DNA of 55,477 nucleotides, filler included, from Mobula hypostoma (lineage: Eukaryota): assembly GCF_963921235.1 (NCBI RefSeq). It is 4 parts of 3 records of this genome, joined end to end, with 100 filler letters (N's around TTAATTAATTAA, not from the genome) between each part and the next. Parts side by side here need not be neighbours in the genome. Positions count along the whole stretch, not along the records: positions 27,857 to 55,477 come from NC_086109.1; 3 more parts are not named here. The stretch is one strand, 5' to 3'. Both the position numbers and the translations under genes were made by a program. The notes beneath the pieces are model-generated. The model saw only the letters and a program-made list of their open reading frames with translations, made no database searches and was not told the origin of the DNA. The stretch's first letter is position 1, and each line of letters opens with the position of its first letter. Positions 48,639 through 55,477 of the stretch are shown here, in pieces.

Positions 48639-51600
48639 TTGTTGTTGAGCCCACTAGGGGATCGGCTGTGCTGGATTGGGTATTATGTAATGAACCAGAG
48701 GTGATTAGGGAGATTGAGGTGAAGGAACCCTTAGGAGGCAGTGATCATAACACGATTGAGTTCACTGTGAAATTTGAGAAAGAGAAGCCGAAATCTGATG
48801 TGTCGGTATTTCAGTGGAGTAAAGGAAATTACAGTGGCAAGAGAGAGGAACTGGCCAAAGTTGACCGGAAAGGGACACTAGCGGGAAGGACGACAGAGCA
48901 GCAGTGGCTGGAGTTTATGTGAGAAGTGAGGAGGTGCAAGACAGATATATTCCAAAAAAGAAATTTTCGAATGGAAAAAAGATGCAACTGTGGCTGACAA
49001 GAGAAGTCAAAGCCAAAGTTAAAGCAAAGGAGACAGCATGCAAGGAAGCAAAAATTAGTGGGAAGACAAAGGCTTGGGAAGTTTTTAAAAGCTTACAAAA
49101 GGAAACTAAGAAGGTCATTAAGAGGGAAAAGATAAACTATGAAAGGAAGCTAGCAAATAATATCAAAGAGGATACTAAAAGCTTTTTCAAGTATATAAAG
49201 AGTAAAAGACAGGTGAGGGCAGATATAGGACTGATAGAAAATGATGCTGGAGAAATTGTAATGGGAGATGGCGGAGGAACTGAATGAGTATTTTGCATCA
49301 GTCTTCACTGAGGAAGACATCAGCAGTATACTGGACACTCAAGGGTAGCAGGGAAGAGAAGTGTGCGCAGTCACAATTACAACAGAGAAAGTACTCAGGA
49401 AGCTGAATAGGCTAAAGGTTGATAAATCTCCTGGACCAGATGGAATGCACCCTCATGTTCTGAAGGAAGTAGCTGTGGAGATTGCAGAGGCATTAGCAAT
49501 CCAAAGTCGATAGATTCTGGCATGGTTCCGGAGGACTGGAAGATTGCGAATGTCACTCTGCTATTTAAGAAGGGGACAAGGAAGCAAAAAGGAAATTATA
49601 GTCCTGTTAGCTTGACATCGATGGTTGGAAAGTTGTTGGAGTCGATTGTCAAGGATGAGGTTATGGGGTGCCTGGAGGCATATGACAAGATAGGCAGAAC
49701 TCAGCATGGTTTCCTTAAAGGAAAATCCTGCCTGACAAACCTATTGCAATTTTTTGAGGAAATTACAAGTAGGGTAGACAAGGGAGATGCAGTGGATGTT
49801 GTGTATTTGGATTTTCAGAAGGCCTTTGACAAGGTGCGCACATGAGGCTGCTTAACAAGATAAGAGCCCATGAAATTACGGGAAAGTTACATACGTGGAT
49901 AAAGCGTTGGCTGATTGGCAGGAAACAGAGAGTGGGAATAAAGGGATCGTATTCTGGTTGGCTGCCGGTTACCAGTGGTGTTCGACAGGGGTCCATGTTG
50001 GGGCCACTTCTTTTTACGTTGTACATCAAAGATTTGGATTATGGAATAGGTGGCTTTGTGGCTAAGTTTGTTGATGATATAAAGATAGATGGAGGAGCTA
50101 GAAGTGCTGAGGAGACAGAGAGTCTGCAGAGAGACTTGGATAGATTGGGAGAATGGACAAAGAAGTGGCAAATGAAATACAATGTTGGAAAGTATATGGT
50201 TATGCACTTTTGCAGAAGAAATAAATGGGCAGACAATTATTTAAATGGGGAGAGAATTCAAAGTTCTGAGGAGTCCTCGTGCAGGATATCCTTAAGGTTA
50301 ACCTCCAGGTTGAGTCAGTGTTGAAGAAGGCGAATGCAATGTTGGCATTTATTTCTAGAGGAATACAGTATAGGAGCAAGGATGTGATTATGAGGCTCTA
50401 TAAGGCACTGGTAACACCTCACTTGGAGTACTGTGTGCAATTTTGGGTTCCTTATTTAAGAAAGGATGTGTTGACATTGGAGAGGGTTCAGAGAAGATTC
50501 AGTAGAATGATTCTGGGAATGAGAGGGTTAACATATGAGGAACGTTGGACCACTCTTGGACTGTACTCCTTGGAGTTTAGAAGAATGAGGGGGGACCTCA
50601 TAGAAACATTTCGAATGTTGAAAGGCATGGACAGGGTGGATGTGGCAAAGTTGTTTCCCATGGTGGGGGAGTCTAGTACGAGAGGGCATGACTTAAGGAT
50701 TCAAGGGTGCCCATTCAGAACAGAGGTGCAAAGAAATTTTTTTAGCCAGAGGGTGGTGAATCTGTGGAATTTGTTGCCACGGGTGGCAGTGGAGGTCAAG
50801 TCATTAGATGTATTTAAGGCAGAGATGGATGGGTATCTGAGTAGCCAGTGCATCAAAGGTTATGGTGAGAAGGCGGGCGAGTGGGACTAAATGGGAGAAT
50901 GGATCAGCTTATGATAAAATGGTGGAGCAGACTCGATGGGCTGAATGGCCGACTTCTGCTCCTTTGTCTTATGGTCTTAAGGTCTTACTAATTTTTCTTC
51001 TTTTTCTACATTATTTACTGCATTGATCTGCTGCTGCTAAGTTAACGAATTTCACGACATATGCTGGTGAAAATAAACCTGATTCTGAGATATATTAAGA
51101 GCAAATGGATTTCAAGGGACAAAGTTGGTCTTCTGGACGACCAGAACTGTCATTCATGTTTAACACCCTGGTTAACATTTTTACTGCTATGCTGTAGGTA
51201 TTTCATTTTAGCAATTCTGTAAGAGCAGTCCATTCTGCTTTCAGACTGTTAGGGTTATTGTTAAAATCATAAGAGATGCTGAGGAATGTGTGTCATCCAA
51301 TTAGAATGGTTGAACTGGGAGGTTTTTTGATGGACACTAAGGTTGGTCTTAGGTTTCTTTTGTTTGGCGGGAAATGAAGAGAGAAGATGCTGGAAAGAAC
51401 TGGCCGTAGGATTCGACCCAGTGGGAGACGTGATTCGATAGAGCAAGGCAGCGAGGTCTACTGAGGATCAGAGAATATGTGTGACTTCTGGAAGAGTAGT
51501 GCTCCAACTTGTGCACATTTGACTGTTTAATTATAATGGCTCTTTTTGTTTTTTACTTTCTTTTCTTTATTAACCCTTTAGTTAAGATTCATAAATGTAA

Positions 51601-52475
51601 TTCCTTTAATTGTATGCGGTGCGCCAAGTATTATTTTTTGGCACTGAGTTGTAACAGGGTAGCAAATTACACAACATCCATACAAACAAGAGTTTGGGGT
51701 GGGAGACCCTTCTCAATCTCACGGGACTGGCGGGACCAGAGTGTGCATTCCCTAGACTTACGCAGCTAAGGAAAGCAGTGGGGTTTCACATGTGTGGAGC
51801 TAAAAGAGATGGGGGAGATCTTAAATGCACTCTTTATCTCTGCTTAGTTAGGAGATGGACACAGTGTCTGTGGAAGTGAGGCAAAGTGTCATCAACTTCA
51901 TGGATCCTGTACAGATTGCAGAAGAGGTGTTTGCTACCCTGAGGCAATTCAGGATGGATAAACTCCCAGGGTTGACGAGATGTTCCCTTGGACCCTATGG
52001 GAGGGTACTGTAGAAATTGCTGGGGTCCTACGAGAGATATTTAAAACATCCTTAGCGACAGGAGAGGTATCAGAGGATTGGAGGATAACCAATGTGTTCC
52101 GCTGCTTAACAAAAACTCTAAACAAAAACCAGGAAATTATGGGCTGGTGAATCTGACATCAGTTGTGGGAAAGTTACTGGACGGTATTCCAAGGGACTGG
52201 ATATATAAGTATTTGGATAGACATGGACTGATTAAGGATAGGCAGCATGGCTTTGTGCATGGTCGGTCATATCTAACCAATATTATAGAGTTTTTTAAGG
52301 AAGTTACAAGGAAAGTGGATGAAGGCAAGGCAGTGGAGGATGTAAACATGCATTGAGATAAGCATTTGACAAAGTTCCACATGGGAGGCTGGTGAAGAAG
52401 GTACAGTCGCTCAGCATTCAGGATAAGGTAGTAAATTGGATCAGACATCAGCTGGGGGAAATCAGAGAGTGGTAG

Positions 52476-54100
52476 CACAGGTGTCCCCTGCTTTTCGAAC
52501 ATTCGCTTTACGAAACCTCACTGTTATGAAAGACCCATATTAGTTCCCTGTTTTCGCTAACAGAAGGTGTTTTCACTGTTATGAATAAAGGCAGCGTGCG
52601 GAAAAAAGCAGCGCGCGATAAAAAAAGCAGTGCGCGCCCCGAGCAGCCGCTCTCCCCCAGATTCAGAACGGCATTCTCACCGGCTTTGCTTAAACACGTG
52701 CCTGTGAGCAGCCGTTAGCGAGATGACTTCTATGTTATCGGAAAAGCCTAAAAGAGCTCGTAAGGGTTTTACACTTAGCATAAAACTAGACATAATTAAG
52801 TGTTTTGATCATGGTGAACGAAGTAAGGACAAAGTGAGTTTGGCTTGTGGAAGTTGACGAAGATGATGTTGAAGAGGTTTTGGCATACCATGACGAAGAA
52901 CTGATAGATGAAGAGCTGATGCAATTGGAAGAGGAAAGGATAACAATCAAAACCGAATGCAGTAGCGAACGGACCAAAAGTGAAGTCATCCAGGAACTGA
53001 ACGTGAAGTAACTGCGTGAGATTTTGGCTGCAATGATAAAGTACAACTTTAATTTTGAAAGGGTACGTCGGTTTAGGGCATATTTGCAAGATGGTTTGAG
53101 TGCTTACAAAGAACTGTATGATAGAAAAATGCATGAGGCTAGCAGTCAAGCAAGCCTTCAGCAGACGACGAACCTCAACCTTCGACATCGAGGCAGGCAG
53201 ACATAGAAGAAGATGACCTGCCTGCCCTGATCGACGATGAGATGACACCCCCGTGTCTCACCACCCCAACCCCCTGGCCGCGGACAGATACCAATTCGCA
53301 GAGAATGCAGCGGTAGCCGGGACACACCCAGCACATCTTTAAGTAAAAAAGCCGAAATAAACAAGCTAATTAATTAGATGCCACTTGGCATGTAAATGTC
53401 GGCCCAGATCAAAGGCAATTGCCGATTGCATCGCCTCTGATCTGGGCCGACATTTATGTGCCGAGCGGCACCTAAGTAATTAGCTTGTTTATTTCGGCTT
53501 TTTTCTTAAAGATGTGCTGGGTGCGTCCCGGCTACCGCGGTACCCCTGCATGCTTCACGGATCGGTATCGGTTCGCTGCCCGGAGGGTGGGGGCCACTGC
53601 ACCACCCCAAGCACCGACGACTCAGCCTAACACACCATCATCAGTGTGCTCGCTGTCGTCCCGATTCCTGTAAGTGATACTACGCTATACATACATTATT
53701 TCTACTTTATATAGGCTGCGTATTTTTACGTGTTATTTGGTATGATTTGGTAGCTTCATAGCTTAAAGGTTACTGGAGAGCGCTTGTGCCGTGTTTCTGT
53801 GGAGAACGCTTGCGTGAGATTTTCGTTGCGGAGAACGGTGCGGCAATGATTGTGGAAAAGTATTTCTACTTTATATAGGCTGTGTATTCATCATATCATT
53901 CCTGCTTTTACTATATGTTACTATTATTTTAGGTTTTATGTGTTATTTGGCATGATTTGGTAGGTTATTTTTGGGTCTGCGAACGCTCACAAATTTTTCC
54001 CATATAAATTAATGGTAATTGCTTCTTCGCTTTACGACCTTCTGGCTTACGAACCATTTCATAGGAACTCTCTACCTTTGGATGGCGGGGGAAACCTGTG
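52476..54100 (+). mobile_element. Tigger/pogo-type DNA transposon, internally deleted
   Basis: Imperfect TIRs CACAGGTGTCCCCTGC / GCGGGGGAAACCTGTG; CENP-B-like N-terminus KPKRARKGFTLSIKLDIIKCFDHGERSKD joined to acidic C-terminus EVDEDDVEEVL...YKELYDRK; no DDE core; TA TSD not clean. Confidence 0.75.
53310..53538. repeat. Long internal inverted repeat (~108-bp arms) in the Tigger-like element
   Basis: GCGGTAGCCGGGAC...GGCCCAGATCA versus TGATCTGGGCC...GTCCCGGCTACCGC. Confidence 0.9.
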
Positions 54101-54350
54101 TATGGTTGCCTCTCTGACTGGAGGCCTGTGACTAGTGGTGTCCTTCAGGGATGGAAGCTGGGTCCTTTGTTGTTTGTCATCTGTATCAATGATCTGGATG
54201 ATAACATGGTTAACTGGATCAGCAAAATTGTGGACAACACCAAGACTGGCGGTGTAGCGGGTAGTGAGGAAGGCTATCAGGGCTTGCAGAGGGATTGCAT
54301 AAGCAGGAAAAATGCGCTGAAAAATGGCAGATGGAATTTAATACAGACAA

Positions 54351-55477
54351 AGAGGACAAGAAAATTTTTAATTGGGGAAAGGCAAATTATGAGGCTATAA
54401 GGCTAGAACTTGCGGGTGTGAATTGGGATGATGTTTTTGCAGGGAAATGTACTATGGACATGTGGTCGATGTTTAGAGATCTTTTGCGGGATGTAAGGGA
54501 TAAATTTGTCCCAGTGAGGAAGATAAAGAATGGTAGGGTGAAGGAACCATGGGTGACAAGTGAGGTGGAAAATCTAGTCAGGAGGAAGAAGGCAGCATAC
54601 ATGAGGTTTAGGAAGCAAGGATCAGATGGGTCTATTGAGCAATATAGGGAAGCAAGAAAGGAGCTTAAGAAGGGGCTGAGAAGAGCAAGAAGGGGGCAGG
54701 AGAAGGCCTTGGCGAGTAGGATAAAGGAAAACCCCAAGGCATTCTTCAATTATGTGAAGAAAAAAAGGATGACAGGAGTGAAGGTAGGACCGATTAGAGA
54801 TAAAGGTGGGAAGATGTGTCTGGAGGCTGTGGAAGTGAGCGAGGTCCTCAATGAATACTTCTCTTCGGTATTCACCAATGAGAGGGAACTTGATGATGGT
54901 GAGGACAATATGAGTGAGGTTGATGTTCTGGAGCATGCTGATATTAAGGGAGAGGAGGTGTTGGAGTTGTTAAAATACATTAGGACAGATAAGTCCCCAG
55001 GGCCTGACGGAATATTCCGCAGGCTGCTCCACGAGGCGAGAGAAGAGATTGCTGAGCCTCTGGCTAGGATCTTTATGTCCTCGTTGTCCACGGGAATGGT
55101 ACCGGAGGATTGGAGGGAGGCAAATGTTGTTCCCTTGTTCAAAAAAGGTAGTAGGGATAGTCCGGGTAATTATAGACCAGTGAGCCTTACGTCTGTGGTG
55201 GGAAAGCTGTTGGAAAAGATTCTTAGAGATAGGATCTATAGGCATTTAGAGAATCATGATCTGTTCAGGGACAGTCAACATGGCTTTGTGAAGGGCAGAT
55301 CGTGTCTAACAAGCCTGATAGAGTTCTTTGAGGAGGTGACCAGGCATATAGATGAGGATAGTGCAGTGGATGTGATCTATATGGATTTTAGTAAGGCATT
55401 TGACAAGGTTCCACACGGTAGGCTTATTCAGAAAGTTAGAAGGCATGGGATCCAGGGAAGTTTGGCCAGGTGGATTC
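54351..55477 (+). mobile_element. Young 5'-truncated CR1, ORF2 frame open to the window end
   Basis: Frame from 54352 (EDKKIFNWGKANYEAIR...KSPGPDG...QHGFVKGRSC...YMDFSKAFDKVPH...) has no stop by my translation. Confidence 0.9.

Larger units (their letters stand above)
46071..50985 (+). mobile_element. Near-full-length CR1 LINE (5' UTR, ORF1, ORF2, 3' tail), decayed and interrupted by a PLE fragment
   Basis: ORF1 46533-47466 (CxxC, coiled coil, SGNH-esterase blocks VIGNF, HVGTND, DRLHLN); ORF2 ~47650-50890 ([40 protein letters not shown]); TTATGGTCTTA tail. Confidence 0.95.
51885..54350 (+). mobile_element. Older CR1 RT fragment split by a Tigger-like insertion
   Basis: RQHGFVHGRSYLTN (52240s) and SGVLQG...GPLLFVICINDLD (54130s) are colinear once 52476-54100 is removed. 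Confidence 0.8.

Noticed and set aside
51148-51790. Possible solo LTR (TG...TTTCACA)
   Set aside because: No TSD, PBS, PPT or second copy in the window.

Overview
Vertebrate genomic DNA. The gene and repeat content suggests a cartilaginous fish, probably a ray (inference). Three 100-bp N-TTAATTAATTAA-N linkers show that four unrelated segments were concatenated (1-16380, 16481-22323, 22424-27756, 27857-55477), so adjacency across linkers is not biological. Three host genes can be reconstructed: a two-exon GPR139-like class A GPCR (+, 678-753 joined to 1819-2726, 327 aa); a tandem C2H2 zinc-finger gene eroded at both ends, with an NRF1-motif CpG promoter (-); and a CD300/CMRF35/pIgR-like receptor (-) with a V-set Ig exon, a 39-bp mucin VNTR stalk exon and an Arg-containing TM exon. 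The rest is mostly transposable elements: a Ty3/Gypsy LTR element with PNMA-like gag, discordant LTRs and no TSD; many CR1 LINEs, one nearly full length; Penelope-like elements (PLE); and Tc1, Tigger, hAT-MITE, L1, RTE, Rex-Babar and Deu-SINE remnants. The most notable non-coding signal is that the abundant short SINE-like repeat is a PLE terminus carrying a minimal hammerhead ribozyme. It inserts with 11-16-bp TSDs and often as a fold-back hairpin, and in one copy the junction falls exactly at the predicted self-cleavage site. All alignments and translations were done by eye; boundaries of degenerate repeats are approximate.
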